Shown here: in pieces, positions 62,809 through 64,000 of the stretch | Layout: each line of letters starts with the position of its first letter | How positions within the stretch are numbered: position 1 is the first letter of the stretch | NCBI RefSeq assembly: GCF_036588685.1 | Contig: NC_086376.1 | Span: 26,412,001-26,476,000, forward strand | From: Mytilus trossulus | Taxonomy: Eukaryota | Direction of reading: 5' to 3' | DNA length: 64,000 nucleotides | The notes under the pieces: model-generated | Databases searched by the model: none | Seen by the model: the letters and a program-made list of their open reading frames with translations, nothing else | What the model was told of the DNA's origin: nothing | Program-made: the position numbers and the translations under genes

Positions 62809-64000
62809 AGAACAGATTTTTATATGATATACAAGCTGACAATAATAGTTGTTTGAATATATTAAAAGATATTATAACCTCTCAAATAGACATGTTTTCT
62901 CTTCCATGTACCTTTATAATTAGTTTGATATTGGTGATAATTCTACTTCACGAATGGTAAAGTAAATGTTGGTTTTCTCTCGTACTAGTGTAGAACATTT
63001 TTTTATGATTCTCATTTATATGTGTATGAAAGGATACCTGCGATATATATCAATATGATTGAAACTAAACAGCACGCACTACTATTGAAACACATAAAGT
63101 TCTCAACAAAATACAAGTCTATAAACCAATTGCCAAACTATAAACCTTCATGTCTTGACCAGTTGTGAACAAATTAAAAAACAAGCAGAGATGTGTCATT
63201 AACACAAACATCTTTATAGCGACATTGTTTTTTTTTTATATATTTTAACAACTTTGTTAGGTATTCTACATAATGTGCAAATGAATTGGAACTTCATATC
63301 TTTCTTTAATTTTTCATACTTACATAGTGGTACAATTATCTTACATGTCTATTTACAGATGTCTCTATGTTTCTATTACTCGTTTTCATTTGATGTCATT
63401 TAATTTTATTGAAAGTTGAGATTGACACATTTTTTTTACAAAAATGTCTGAAAGTATTTTTTAGAAGTGAACAAACGATATTTTGTGACAATCTATTTAA
63501 TAATAATTCAATTTGAATATTCAAACAGGTACACCTTTAGGAGTGAGGTTTCATATCAACAGGGTTTTGACCTTACTTCCAGTAACTGGACGTTTTTTTG
63601 TGCCTTCATTACGGTATAATTTATTGACTCTTTTTAGTTAAATTTTCCGCGTTTATCTGGTCCTTATATTATTTTCTGTTTCATCTTAAACATATTGTTG
63701 CCATACTTTACATAGCATACGATTGATGCTCATTGTTGAAGACCATGTGGCTGTCTGTAATTTTTTGCATCCTTGTCCTGTGTTTTATGTTTAGAAGTTT
63801 TCTCCTTGGAAATTATGCCACTTCTTCCTGTTATCATACTGAATCTATTGACTGTATTCTGATTTACGTGAATCACGGATATGGAAATGGGCAATTAATT
63901 GTTCGTGGTTTCACTAATGCGACATGGTTGTTAAATTCTTACTATGCTAAATATTCACCACGTAACTGCTACAAATTGTGATTGGATTTTTATATCAATA

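Overview
AT-rich, repeat-dense eukaryotic (metazoan) genomic DNA. The repeat content suggests a bivalve, probably a Mytilus mussel (inference). Main contents: (1) an intact, very young 10,176-bp Ty3/Gypsy LTR retrotransposon on the minus strand (41264-51439; 1540-bp near-identical LTRs, TTCA target-site duplication, tRNA-Lys PBS, PPT, single PNMA-like gag-pol ORF); (2) one probable spliced host gene encoding an uncharacterised basic protein of about 447 aa (coding exons 26016-27302 and 29652-29708), with RFX/forkhead-like motifs upstream; (3) an old local segmental duplication/triplication (about 2.7-16.6 kb); (4) many fragments of Penelope-like (Naiad-type) retroelements; (5) 355-nt type I hammerhead 'retrozyme' repeats; (6) MITEs, hairpin elements and tandem repeats. 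The most striking observation is that four to five sequence-divergent repeat families share one covarying, circularly permuted (P5-type) twister-ribozyme-like fold in which P1 is replaced by two short palindromes. One copy also carries a canonical SECIS element upstream. All folds and alignments were done by eye.
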